A DNA stretch of 63,514 nucleotides, counting the filler, from Stramenopiles sp. TOSAG23-2 (Eukaryota): assembly GCA_900128395.1 (NCBI GenBank). It is 8 parts of 8 records of this genome, joined end to end, with 100 filler letters (N's around TTAATTAATTAA, not from the genome) between each part and the next. Parts side by side here need not be neighbours in the genome. Positions count along the whole stretch, not along the records: positions 1 to 7,890 come from LT650264.1; positions 7,991 to 15,874 come from LT650265.1; 6 more parts are not named here. One strand, 5' to 3'. Shown piece by piece: positions 1-10,996 of this stretch (positions are counted from its first letter, which is position 1; every line of letters begins with the position of its first letter). A model generated the notes under the pieces. It did no database searches. It was not told the DNA's origin and saw nothing but the letters and a program-made list of their open reading frames with translations. Made by a program: the position numbers and the translations under genes.

Positions 1-1
1 A

Positions 2-1918
2 ATGACCCTAAACGATTGTGCAGGTAGAAATTACCATGATATGGCTCAATATCCTGTATTTCCGTGGGTGTTACGTAATTATAAATCTGATTCTATAGAT
101 TTGAATTTAAGATCCAATTATAGAGACTTATCAAAACCTGTAGGTGTGCAAAACGATGCAGCGACTGAAAAATACAAACGAAAATATGCACAAACAAAGG
201 ATATGTATGAAGCTGCTAAAGCAAATGGTAGTCAACTGGATGGTATTGTTTTGAACGGCTTTCCTAGGCATTATGCTACACATTATTCCTCACCGCATAG
301 TGTCATTTGGTATTTGAGCAGGGTGGAACCGTTTGCAAGCTTAGCTATTGAATTACATGATGGTTCGTTTGATAAGCCGGATAGACAATTTTTAAGTGTT
401 GAAAAATGTTGGGAAAGTTGTGCCTCGCCTTCATGCGAAACAGATGTGAAAGAATTGATTCCAGAAATGTTTTATCTTCCGGAAATGTTTGAAAATATAA
501 ATCGTTTTAAATTTGGAACGACACAAAACGGGGTGGAAGTGAACCATGTCGAATTACCGCCGTGGGCAAATAATTCCCCTGATCAATTTGTCCAAATTCA
601 TCGACAAGCGTTAGAATCTGAATATGTTTCTATGAATTTACATGCATGGATTGATTTGATTTTTGGATTTAAACAACGTGGTCCGTATTTAAAAAATGGA
701 AGTAACGCAGCAGAGGAAGCATGTAATGTTTATTTTCATTTAGCATATGAGAATGCAGTTGATGCAGAAAAGTTAAAAAAAGAAAGACCGGATCTTTTCC
801 ACCTCGTACGAAATGTAGTGAATAATTTTGGACAAACTCCATCGCTTCTATTTCGTCGTCCACATCCTAGACGGGATGAGAAAAAATTAACCATTTATCG
901 TATGTTTAACAGGAAAGAATATAAACAATTTCCACCTATTTTGGTTTACAAAGCAATGCGTGTATGTGAGAAATCAATTGGTTTTATTCATATTGAAGAC
1001 GAACTGTTGGTTATTATCGATGCCACGCGGCGCATTGGTTTCCATAAATGGAAAACATTAGATCCAGAAATTGATCCACCGTTTATCATGCAATTAAATA
1101 AAAATAAAAATATTTTAAATACTACTGTATCTGAATATAATGGGCGGAAAGAACGAGTAAATATTTATTCATCGCAATATGGTGTAATTGGTGGCGATAT
1201 GTTATTTAGTTGTGGTCGTGGTCGTAGTGCTACACAAGTTATACAACTATCGTTAGGCAAAGTTGTACATACAATAGAAGACGAAGTGAAATGCCTAACA
1301 ACGGGCAATAATTATTTAATCACTGGTAGCACTAATTGCTCGATTATAATATGGGATATTATGAATTATACACCGAAGCACGTATTAGTTGGGCATGATG
1401 GTCCAATAACAGCATTGAGTGCACAACCAAAATTAGATACATTAATAAGTGCAAGTGAAGATGGGACGGTAATTGTATATAACTTTCAAAGCGGGGAATA
1501 TATACGTACAATTATGATCGGAAGTGTAATCGAATGGGCTGGATTATCACCAACTGGTAATGTAGTTACATATCAAGAGGAGACATTAAATTTATACAAT
1601 CTCAATGGAAAATTACTTGGGACGATTCCAATTCCACGAGATGATGTATTAACATCAATTGCATTTAATGAAAATGGTAATTATTTAATAACCGGAGGTC
1701 GACAAGGTATACTTCGGGTGTATGGATTATATGCAATAAATCCATTGCAAGAAGTAGAAAGTATTCAATGTGAAAGTAGTATAACTGCGATTTATTATAC
1801 GGAGGAGGAACGTCATTTATTGATTGGATTATCCTCTGGTGTTTTACAAATTAGAGCGTTGGATAATAAATATTTACGTGATCGTTTGAAAAATCGATTG
1901 CAATCGATTGGGTTGTAG
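2..1918 (+). CDS. BEACH-domain + WD40 protein (neurobeachin/LvsC-like), C-terminal part, 5'-truncated by contig end
   Basis: BEACH motifs GRNYHDMAQYPVFPWVL, HYATHYSS, FDKPDRQF, DVKELIPEMFY, LPPWA, HRQALESEYVS, WIDLIFGFKQRG and FGQTP, followed by WD40 repeats (LVGHDGPITAL...SASEDGTVIVY). Confidence 0.95.
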   Translation: MTLNDCAGRNYHDMAQYPVFPWVLRNYKSDSIDLNLRSNYRDLSKPVGVQNDAATEKYKRKYAQTKDMYEAAKANGSQLDGIVLNGFPRHYATHYSSPHSVIWYLSRVEPFASLAIELHDGSFDKPDRQFLSVEKCWESCASPSCETDVKELIPEMFYLPEMFENINRFKFGTTQNGVEVNHVELPPWANNSPDQFVQIHRQALESEYVSMNLHAWIDLIFGFKQRGPYLKNGSNAAEEACNVYFHLAYENAVDAEKLKKERPDLFHLVRNVVNNFGQTPSLLFRRPHPRRDEKKLTIYRMFNRKEYKQFPPILVYKAMRVCEKSIGFIHIEDELLVIIDATRRIGFHKWKTLDPEIDPPFIMQLNKNKNILNTTVSEYNGRKERVNIYSSQYGVIGGDMLFSCGRGRSATQVIQLSLGKVVHTIEDEVKCLTTGNNYLITGSTNCSIIIWDIMNYTPKHVLVGHDGPITALSAQPKLDTLISASEDGTVIVYNFQSGEYIRTIMIGSVIEWAGLSPTGNVVTYQEETLNLYNLNGKLLGTIPIPRDDVLTSIAFNENGNYLITGGRQGILRVYGLYAINPLQEVESIQCESSITAIYYTEEERHLLIGLSSGVLQIRALDNKYLRDRLKNRLQSIGL

Positions 1919-1991
1919 ACTCGAGAGTATAATTAAAATGTTTTTTTAAAAAGATTTTTATTTTAAAATATACATTATATATTATATATTT

Positions 1992-2897
1992 TTATTTTTT
2001 ATTTGTTTGTTCTTTTGTAAGTTTGTTTACAAGTTTATATAATCTTGATCCGCCTTTCACTGCTTTTTGTGTCTCTCCCACTTCTCTTGGAATTAATTTG
2101 TATACATATGTTACTTCAATATTCATGTTTAATACTTTGTTTCGAATCTTTCTCTCTCCAAACAAATTTACAATTTTGTAAAATTGGATCGCAAGTCTTT
2201 TTATGTGTTGGTTGTCTTTGTAAGCATTGTACGCTTTTTCTTCAGTCTTATTGAAACTATTTTTCATTGTGACAGCAGTTTGACTACTATTTTTTTTATC
2301 AAATCTACGTGCTTCATTAAGTTTATCACCTAATTTTTTTCCTTCTTCGTGTGCATCAAACCAAGCTAAACCAGCTAAATATAATGTATACGTCGTTCCA
2401 TTTGCTGCCTTTGTGATATTAGACAATTTTGCCATTTTTTCCTTTATACTGAATTTAGCATAGTCTTCGAGTGTGATTCCACCTGTTGGCGATACTTCAG
2501 ATGATTGTGCAAAACTTTTTGTAAATTCAGCAAGTGCAATTGCAACTTTCTCATCATTACTAATAGTAGTTTTAGTTGTTGTTGTCGCTGCCGTACGTAC
2601 TGTTGCTCCAATTGGTTTAACATTTTCTTTATCTTTCAATTTATGTTCAAGCAATTTATATTTTTCTATCAACATAGTATTCTTCTCTTTCAATCTTTTG
2701 TTTTTACCCAATATTTTCTTAATGACAGCATTCTGCTCCAGTAATTTCTTTGTCAATTCTATCATTTCTACTTTTATAGCTTCCATTTGTCTTTCAGCAA
2801 ATTGTTTACATTTCTCTAGCGCTTCAGATGATTGTGCAATTTTGTTTTCGTATTCTTCGACTGTGGCTTGGCAGCATACATTTTTGATAGGATCCAT
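1992..2897 (-). CDS. Hypothetical 301-aa protein with N-terminal coiled coil
   Basis: Long ORF with an ATG in A-rich context and Lys/Glu-rich heptads; no family recognised. Confidence 0.6.
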   Translation of the reverse strand: MDPIKNVCCQATVEEYENKIAQSSEALEKCKQFAERQMEAIKVEMIELTKKLLEQNAVIKKILGKNKRLKEKNTMLIEKYKLLEHKLKDKENVKPIGATVRTAATTTTKTTISNDEKVAIALAEFTKSFAQSSEVSPTGGITLEDYAKFSIKEKMAKLSNITKAANGTTYTLYLAGLAWFDAHEEGKKLGDKLNEARRFDKKNSSQTAVTMKNSFNKTEEKAYNAYKDNQHIKRLAIQFYKIVNLFGERKIRNKVLNMNIEVTYVYKLIPREVGETQKAVKGGSRLYKLVNKLTKEQTNKK

Positions 2898-3558
2898 TTT
2901 TCTTTGTTTTGATTTATATAAAAATTAAAATTTTTGTATTACGTTTTTTGTTTTATGTTGTATGTTTGGTGGGTATATTATTATTATTTCTATGTTTTAT
3001 GTTTTACATAAATAGTATATATTTTTGTATATATTATAGCAAGTAAATATAAAAGAAGCAAACTTTTTTAGGGAGGGTATAACATACGACGGTTTCAACA
3101 TTTTGCGATTCAATCGAAAAACAAAATGTTTTGTTTATTTTAACAATACTATTCCGGTGTTATTTTATTCTCTTCGATCTACAGCCACTCATTTGAACGT
3201 TAAGAATGGTGACAGCCTTTTTTTAGTAATACCTAGTAAATAGCCTAGTAAATAGAAGAAAAGAAAGACTGAACTTTTAACAGCAGCAAAAAAACACCCC
3301 GAATTTTAGTTTTTTTGTTTTTAGTAGGACCCCGGGTTTTTTCTAATGCTATTCCCATGCTAATTTGCGGCAAATTAATAAAAAAATTGCTATGTTTCGC
3401 TGCATCTTCTAGTTTCAATGTCTGCGCCTCAATATAGTTTTTTTTATCAAAAACAAAAATCACCAGCTTAAGGTTAAATTTAGCATGAGCATAGCATTGT
3501 AAATCTACCAAAAATATTATTCTCTCTCAACAAAAATAAAAACATATATCAAAAAATT

Positions 3559-3590
3559 ATAGATAGATAGACGGATAGGTAGGTAGATAA

Positions 3591-3637
<47 letters not shown>
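3559..3637. repeat. (ATAG)n microsatellite
   Basis: About 19 imperfect ATAG units seen directly. Confidence 0.95.
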
Positions 3638-3638
<1 letters not shown>

Positions 3639-3782
3639 AGAAAAGAAAGAGAAAACAAAAAAACAAAACAAACAAAACAAACAGAACCAAAACAACGAAA
3701 AAAAGAAACAAAGAATCGAATTATATCAATTAATCAAAAACAATGTCATTAACCGAAAATAATAATTCTGTTAATAATCCTG

Positions 3783-4244
3783 TTAATAATGTTCTTGGTT
3801 TTCCCTTCGAAACATACGTATACGCCTAAGTCGTTTTGTAATATATTGCTTATCTTCATTGATTAAACGTCTTTTTTCCATCTCTTCACGGTTTTTCACA
3901 GTTAACATTTCATTTTGCTTTTGAACAGATTTTGCACGCTCTTCTTTTAATTCGATTTTTAACGATGTATCAATCCATTTATTTAGAAACGTACGTTGTA
4001 CTTTAAGCCATGATTGTTCATTATTATCTGCTATATCTTCTTGCTTTTTCTTTACAATAGCTTCCCGTTCCATCGTTCGACGATGTAATTCTTTTTGAAT
4101 TAACTCTTGCTTTGCCCCCATAGAACTTTTTCGATCACGTTCTTTTCGCTCCCATTTTACAGTATGTACAATCTGTTTATGCAATAGCGCTTCATCTTTC
4201 TTTAATGAAATTAAACTGTCTCGTAATGCTTTTAAATCATCTGC
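3783..4244 (-). pseudogene. Start-less coiled-coil gene fragment, inverted relative to the flanking coding sequence
   Basis: The frame is open from 4244 (ADDLKALRDSLISLKKDEALLHKQ...) with protein-like composition and no start codon at its 5' end; it abuts a plus-strand fragment. Confidence 0.5.
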
Positions 4245-4892
4245 TTATGTAAAGTAGATAATGTGCCTGTAAGCACATATCCATTTATTTCATTTGAATG
4301 CTGTGGTATGGCGGAGGAGGAAAAGTCTGATGATCCAGGTGAGATTAAAGTTAAGAAACGAGAATTAGCGGGTGGAAGAGCGTGTATTCCAATTAAACAG
4401 TTTTGGGAAAATATTAGAAAATCTATTGATAAACCATCTGTAACCGTATTTGGTCGATTCAATAGAATTAAAAGGTTGCTAAAACGTCCTCAGAAAAACA
4501 GTGGTGAAACAGGTTATTTGTATGTAGATAATTCGACACAAATAACAGATATCAGTGCGGATCTTGCATGCGGTCCATTTTTAAATGCAGATAGAGGATA
4601 CGATGCTTTACTTGATTACATCGATAAGAAAAATGAAATTTTAAAACGCATTAAAAGCGTTATCAGGGATGAGAATGGCGGTTATGTTATGATATTTTGG
4701 ACAGTAATTTTTGTATTGGTCATTAATTATATGTACAAAAAGAACACCATATATACACAACGAATTGCACATAGTGAACGAGAAGGTGCATTAAGAAATC
4801 AAGCAAATGTATTGATGGGTCGTGCAAATGATTTACAACGAAAGTTAGATTTAAAGAAGAGACAAGCAGCAGCTGCTGTTGGTTTGAAATAA
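4236..4892 (+). CDS. C-terminal part of a hypothetical protein with one TM helix and a terminal coiled coil
   Basis: Open frame with hydrophobic YVMIFWTVIFVLVINYMY; the 5' end is probably missing (candidate native start ATG at 3743). Confidence 0.55.
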   Translation: MICLCKVDNVPVSTYPFISFECCGMAEEEKSDDPGEIKVKKRELAGGRACIPIKQFWENIRKSIDKPSVTVFGRFNRIKRLLKRPQKNSGETGYLYVDNSTQITDISADLACGPFLNADRGYDALLDYIDKKNEILKRIKSVIRDENGGYVMIFWTVIFVLVINYMYKKNTIYTQRIAHSEREGALRNQANVLMGRANDLQRKLDLKKRQAAAAVGLK

Positions 4893-5307
4893 AACCGGTC
4901 TTTGTCTTATATAAAACAAAATGTGTGACAAAATGTGTGAAAAACAGATAATATTTTATATTTTAAATTAAAAATTTGTTGTGATTCTAAAATTCTCTCG
5001 TCGTACTCTCTCCGCTCCGCCGTATACAGTCTTTCTGTCATATATAATATATCTATAAACCATCAAATCTATAAAACACGAAGAAAATTACGAAAGTAAT
5101 ATATACGTATTTATTTGCACCTCGTCCATTCGCACGTATCACCATATATTTTTATATTCTCCTACTTTTACGAAATTTGTGTACGTACCTGAGATTATAA
5201 ATTATTTAAAATAATTTATATAATATACTCGTGTATATATTAACTTTTAGATTTTAACCACATCAATATACATATGATATGTAAAATATTAATAAATGAT
5301 GTGGATA

Positions 5308-6780
5308 TCATCGCGGTTGATGGGTTATACTCAATATTCTTTCAACTGTACGCCCATTTGGATTCACTGCACGTGGTGAATTTTTAACTAATTGATCAAT
5401 AGGAATATACACAACTTTATTATTAACTAACGCAACACTAAAACCACTATATCCCGCCATTACACCATGGACACTATTTTGTCCTAATAGCAAACAATAT
5501 ACATTATCTGCACCATTAGCCGGTACACTTCGTATCATATATGATGGATCAATATACTTAACAGTTGCATTTATATCTTTCTCTTTTAAATATTTTTTCA
5601 AACGTTCTTTTATCCATTGTCCAATTGGTGGTAATTTTGGTTGAACACCTTGTGCATTTGTTTGATGTTTAATGGTTGTGCCTTCCGTGACTGCTCTTTT
5701 CATCAATGGTTTTGCAAATTGACTAGATTCTTTGATTAATATATCTTCTCCAGCTCCTTCTGCTACCACTACAACTGCATGGCCATTGTTCAAAATAGCT
5801 TTTTTAACATGTTCCAAACAATTTTTTGGATCACCCGGATTTACATTTACTGGTAATTCAGGTATCAATACTAAATCAACATCACCGCTAGCTAATGTAG
5901 CATGTACAGCAATGAAACCAGCATGTCTACCCATTAATTTAACAATTCCTACGCCATTAGGTGCACATTCCGCTTCCGTTTTTGCACTTTTTATCGCATT
6001 TCGTGCTTCTTCAATTGCAGTTTCAAAACCAAATGATCGATCGATAATATCAATATCATTATCAATAGTTTTTGGTATTCCAACAAATGCAATCGGTTCT
6101 TTTCTTTCTTTGGCTAATTCATGCAATTTCAAAGCACCACGATGTGTACCATCCCCACCAATGATAAATACGATATTTACGTTCCAATTTTTAATTGCAT
6201 TGAATATTTTCTCAGAATCAAAACCTCCACGTGCAGCACCTAATATGGTTCCCCCATCATGTTGTATACCTTCTACAAGTTTTTCTGTTAATTGCAATGG
6301 TTCTACACCATTGTAAAAACCATGAAAACCACCTCGTATACCTAAAATATCTTCTACGCCATATAATTTGATTAAGGATGATACTATATGATAAATGACG
6401 GTGTTAAGTCCAGGGCATAAACCACCACATGTTACTATTGCTGCTTTAGTTGTTTTAGGGTCAAAAAATGTTTTTCGTCTTGGTCCTGCTCGAAGAAAAG
6501 ACCTGATAATTTTGCTACTAGTAGGCCTTTTGAATTGTTTATTATCGTTGCGGTCACTATTATTATTATTATTATTATCATCATTCGTATTACTTTTTTT
6601 CCTACATATATCTGCTAATATATAATCATCTTCCCCCATATAATTTGCATAATTCGTTTTACTATGATCCCTAAAATTATCTAAATTTTTATTTTGTTCT
6701 GGTATATAATGATGTAAATGTGGTACATTTACTAATTGTACTGATAATGTAGTATTTTGTTGATTTGCCATTTCCGTCAT
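5308..6780 (-). CDS. PFK: ATP-dependent 6-phosphofructokinase (plant/protist PfkA group X type)
   Basis: AAIVTCGGLCPGLN, GGTILG, IGGDGTHRG (GGDG = ATP-type), GIPKTIDND, KLMGR and KYIDPSYMIRS. Confidence 0.95.
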   Translation of the reverse strand: MTEMANQQNTTLSVQLVNVPHLHHYIPEQNKNLDNFRDHSKTNYANYMGEDDYILADICRKKSNTNDDNNNNNNSDRNDNKQFKRPTSSKIIRSFLRAGPRRKTFFDPKTTKAAIVTCGGLCPGLNTVIYHIVSSLIKLYGVEDILGIRGGFHGFYNGVEPLQLTEKLVEGIQHDGGTILGAARGGFDSEKIFNAIKNWNVNIVFIIGGDGTHRGALKLHELAKERKEPIAFVGIPKTIDNDIDIIDRSFGFETAIEEARNAIKSAKTEAECAPNGVGIVKLMGRHAGFIAVHATLASGDVDLVLIPELPVNVNPGDPKNCLEHVKKAILNNGHAVVVVAEGAGEDILIKESSQFAKPLMKRAVTEGTTIKHQTNAQGVQPKLPPIGQWIKERLKKYLKEKDINATVKYIDPSYMIRSVPANGADNVYCLLLGQNSVHGVMAGYSGFSVALVNNKVVYIPIDQLVKNSPRAVNPNGRTVERILSITHQPR

Positions 6781-7125
6781 TATATATAATAGTTTTTATT
6801 ATAATTTTGTCTTTTCCAATTTTCTAAATAATTTTGTTTCTTAATATTATATATATATATATATATACTTTAAAAAATAAAAAAAAATTGCGGCGTGGTA
6901 TTACTGATATTATTGATTAACAATATATACTATTTTCTTGTTATTTATTTTTAAATTTGTTCTACTTTCTTCTTCTCCATGTTTCTGGAGCATAGACGAC
7001 AGACATTGCCCGGATTGTGATGGATGAGAATCTTCATTTATATTTTGTCGTAGGGTATATATAGTATATAGTCATTTGTGATGACGCTTCAACCACACAG
7101 AATTCTTCCAGCTGTGGAGGATTAA

Positions 7126-7394
7126 TTTTTTTGATGTGTAAAATACCAAATGGAGGATGTGATAAATTTAATTGGGGCAAAGAATGCAATGGTATACCGA
7201 TACAAAACAGGATGGGGACGATTTTTTAATGTTAAAAATGATATTACCTTGTAATCAAATTTCCATTTTTATTGTTTCACCACTTGGTATTATTTTTTTT
7301 GATGTAAAATACCAAATGGAGGATGTGATAAATTTAATCGGGGCAAAGTATGCAATGGTATACCGATACAAAACAGGATGGGGACGATTTTAAT
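7126..7394. repeat. Imperfect ~100-bp direct repeat (7126-7230 and 7293-7394)
   Basis: Both copies read aaataccaaatggaggatgtgataaattt...caggatggggacgatttt, with few differences. Confidence 0.9.
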
Positions 7395-7668
7395 ACCTAA
7401 TATTACCATGATTCCCATTTTGAGATATCTTGTTTTCTATATATCCGAACAATTTTCTGATCCCAAATAACACTATTCACTACTGAAAATAATTACTTCT
7501 TTACAAATATCTAGTATTCTAATATACCTTTCAAGTATACATTATTGGTCATTTCATAGGGTGGAAATCGATTGACTATAGCAATGTTTCCAAATAAAAA
7601 AAATAAACCCTATAGTAATTCCTTTATTTCATTTATTTACAGAGCTAGATACATGTTTGCCTTAATGA

Positions 7669-7782
7669 ATTCAGATAGGTAGTGAAAGTATACAAAATGG
7701 TCGTGCTATTCCACCATAATTTTGCCCTAAATTATGGTGGAATAGCACGACCATCTTGTATACTTTCACTACCTATCTGAAT
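7669..7782. repeat. Foldback palindrome: 54-bp arms, 6-nt loop, 1 mismatch
   Basis: attcagataggtagtgaaag...ccataattt-TGCCCT-aaattatgg...ctacctatctgaat. Confidence 0.95.
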
Positions 7783-7890
7783 AACAGGGGATTTCGACGA
7801 TGACTAGAATCTGGCCCAGGGCTGGTTAAGACGATGACTAGAATCTGGTTAAGGGAAAATAAACTACACGGCTTATATAGGCGTGAGTTA

Positions 7891-7990
7891 NNNNNNNNNN
7901 NNNNNNNNNNNNNNNNNNNNNNNNNNNNNNNNNNTTAATTAATTAANNNNNNNNNNNNNNNNNNNNNNNNNNNNNNNNNNNNNNNNNNNN
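7891..7990. other. Artificial contig spacer
   Basis: N44-TTAATTAATTAA-N44 (stop codons in all six frames). Confidence 0.99.
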
Positions 7991-7992
7991 AG

Positions 7993-10398
7993 AGTGAGCG
8001 CAACTTACCTATATATGTACTTGAAGAAAAAGATGAAAATGGTCAAGAAAAAAAATATGAAGATGAGGAAGAAGAGAAAAAAATAGAAGATGTTACATCA
8101 CCATGGGTTATTTTACATGGTGTGACTGTGAATTTAAAGTCAGGAAAAGCAGAAGCAAAATCAAATGCAGATTTAAGACATGTGCTACAGCGAGGGAAAT
8201 TAATATCATTGGATCATGAAGTGTTTACAATAAAGCAATCAGGTGATTTTACATCTACAAAAATACCACTAGATGAGATATGGCCGCATCAAGATAGAGA
8301 TGGTGTACAAATTAAAATTAGACGTAGAGATGCAGATCATATGATAAATTTATTACATGCTTCGTTTCGTGTTCTTGGAATTAAAACAGATAAAAGTGGA
8401 ATTAAAAAAGATTTTGGTATGCAAGTTAGTATTGGTGGTCGTACTACTACTACTAGGCGCAGAAGTAGCAGCGGTGGGCGAATGACCATACAATATCATC
8501 ATCATACAAACGAAGATGATGGCAGTGATGGAGAAGATAATGGACAAAATTCGGAGGACGGAGACCTAGAGGAAGAAGAAGGAGAAGAAGGAGAAGATGA
8601 TGAGAAAGAAGCGCCAGAGGTAGAAGAAGATAGAGAATATTTTGTACCACATACAATCGGTTGTCAAACAAAGATGTCATTTGCTCAAATGGAAAAACTT
8701 CTGTCAGGGAACCTTGGTGGGGGTAATGCGGCAAAAGGCAAAAAAGTTAGAACGAAAAAAATGCATAAAAGTGCTGCTGATAAAGCAGTTGGTAACATGA
8801 ACAAATGCATTGATAAATTTAAAAAATTGAAACGAAAAAACTTATTGCCGAAACGAATAGTATTGAAAACAATTGCGTTAATTATTGCGGACAAAATTTC
8901 AGCCGATACAAAGGATTTGAATGATCGTGGGCAGGAATCCATGCCGCAATATTTAATTGATTGGTTTTTCCATAAATATGGTATGAAAAAAATGGCTGAT
9001 AAACAATTGGCACGATTTGTCGTATCTATGTCTAAAATGAAAAAACATCCTCGTGTCAATTTGTTTCAAAAATTAATTGGCGTGCATCCAAGTGGTGACA
9101 ATTTACATCAACTTGCTGATATGAAATTAGCATTTAATTGTTTAATACGGGTAAAAGGCAGTGCGTTAAACGGAATTCATTTTCTTCATGAGAAGCATAA
9201 AAAAAAGGAACATTGTCCACTAGAGTGTAGCATGGTAGTAGCATACGAAATGTTGCGAAAAGGATTAGTACGGTCTTCCCAATATGCAAAGGAATGTGTA
9301 TTTGATCAAAGAACGTGGCCTGATTTGACAAAAGTTACGCCGCCACCTGAAAATGGCGAGGAAACAAAAGAGGTAGATAATATTGAAAATTTTCTATCGA
9401 ATTCATTTGCCAGCATTACAAAACTTGGAAAGAAAGCATCAGGATTGGAAAAGGTTGATGAAATACGTAAATTTGTATATGTTAAAAGGGCATTAGGGAC
9501 ACATGCAAGGAAAGATTACAAAAAGATTATATCTAAATGTGTAAATCTATACACATTTGTTGAAAATTATGTGTATTTAATGAAAAAATCTGGTCGAATA
9601 GAAGCAGAAGCTGCGCGTACTCATTTGCGTGCAGTATATACCCAATTTGATGAAGGTTTAGATGGGCAAATAAACTATGATGAGTTCAAAATTTTTGTAG
9701 AAGAAACTTTTGGTGGTTTAATTTCAAATTTTTCGAAAAAGAAACGAATGCGAATGTATAAACGTGCTTTGACTCAAAAAGATGATTCTGGAAACATGAG
9801 CGAAGGATCCTTCATGGAAATGGTTGATAAATACTTTACAAATCAGGATCTTGCAGAGTTGATGAGAGTTAAGCAAGTTGCTCCTGGGCCGATAACTCCA
9901 GGTGGTTCGAATGTGGAAGATGGTGCTGATGAAGGACCACGCCCAGAGGATGATGAAGACGATTTCGACCCTAGAAAAGCAAATATAAATATGAGAGATG
10001 AATTGGATGATGATTCAGATGATGAAGTGGGAGATAAACCTGTCTTAAGTGCAGGAGAATTGAAGAATATTGCTGACTATGAAATTATACTTGATGCATG
10101 GGAAGATGAACAAGATATCGTCACTGCGCATGTTTATCGATTACAAAAGGCTAAATCGAAAGATAGTGAAAATTTTGTATCCATGGTAACTGCATTTAAA
10201 AAGACATTAGCTTTAAAAAGTCCAGAAAAGTTACAAGAATTATGGACAGTATTTCGTGCCGTTACTACCATGGCTAGACGTGAAAAAGCATATCAAGGTT
10301 TACGCACAACGTTGAAAGTGAAAAGATTTGCAGCAAATTTAATGCGTAAAACAGCACAATCGAAATTAAAACGATTAACTGAAACTTTGACTAGTTAA
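7993..10398 (+). CDS. EF-hand-containing protein, 5'-truncated by contig end
   Basis: Frame open from the contig start. It has an EF loop FDEGLDGQINYDEF, acidic tracts, and a 'YLIDWFFHKYGMKKMAD...PRVNLF' segment resembling TSNAXIP1-like ciliary proteins. Confidence 0.75.
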   Translation, partial: SERNLPIYVLEEKDENGQEKKYEDEEEEKKIEDVTSPWVILHGVTVNLKSGKAEAKSNADLRHVLQRGKLISLDHEVFTIKQSGDFTSTKIPLDEIWPHQDRDGVQIKIRRRDADHMINLLHASFRVLGIKTDKSGIKKDFGMQVSIGGRTTTTRRRSSSGGRMTIQYHHHTNEDDGSDGEDNGQNSEDGDLEEEEGEEGEDDEKEAPEVEEDREYFVPHTIGCQTKMSFAQMEKLLSGNLGGGNAAKGKKVRTKKMHKSAADKAVGNMNKCIDKFKKLKRKNLLPKRIVLKTIALIIADKISADTKDLNDRGQESMPQYLIDWFFHKYGMKKMADKQLARFVVSMSKMKKHPRVNLFQKLIGVHPSGDNLHQLADMKLAFNCLIRVKGSALNGIHFLHEKHKKKEHCPLECSMVVAYEMLRKGLVRSSQYAKECVFDQRTWPDLTKVTPPPENGEETKEVDNIENFLSNSFASITKLGKKASGLEKVDEIRKFVYVKRALGTHARKDYKKIISKCVNLYTFVENYVYLMKKSGRIEAEAARTHLRAVYTQFDEGLDGQINYDEFKIFVEETFGGLISNFSKKKRMRMYKRALTQKDDSGNMSEGSFMEMVDKYFTNQDLAELMRVKQVAPGPITPGGSNVEDGADEGPRPEDDEDDFDPRKANINMRDELDDDSDDEVGDKPVLSAGELKNIADYEIILDAWEDEQDIVTAHVYRLQKAKSKDSENFVSMVTAFKKTLALKSPEKLQELWTVFRAVTTMARREKAYQGLRTTLKVKRFAANLMRKTAQSKLKRLTETLTS

Positions 10399-10996
10399 AA
10401 AGAGAGAGAGAAGAGAGTAAAAGGCAGAGAGAGAGAGAGAGAGATGGAACTGTAGATATTATATACTAATACGTATAATATAAAAACAAAATATAATTAG
10501 TTTTGCAACAAAACTTAAACTGTGCGGGGTCTTTTTTTTTTTTTTTTAAATACGGACCCCCGCATCAGGAGATTTTCCTTTCCGTATACATATAGCATAT
10601 TGTAGCAGTAGTGTTAGTGAGCAATATAGTATAGTAAAATAAATAAACACAAAAGTGCAAGGATAATACCTTAACCTGTAAATAGAGATGATGAAGGATG
10701 AAGGATGATGTTGTTTTTGTTGTTTTTGTTGTTTGTTGTTGTTGCAAATTGCAAACCTCAGTCGTCGTCAACTATATATAATAATACAAAAACACATGAG
10801 CACATCATATAATTACTCATCAATATCAGTATAGACAAAGATATTACAACCAGAGATACATATTTATATAAATATAATCCATCAAGAACATATAGACCAG
10901 AGGTAGGTATTGTTGTATAGTTATATATATATATATACATATATATACATATACGTGTGTGTGTGTGTGTGTGTATATACATTCATAATATATAAT

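Noticed and set aside
5732-6316. Long antisense ORFs such as this 194-aa one (also 38824-39372 and 43006-43647)
   Set aside because: Shadow frames of well-supported genes on the opposite strand.
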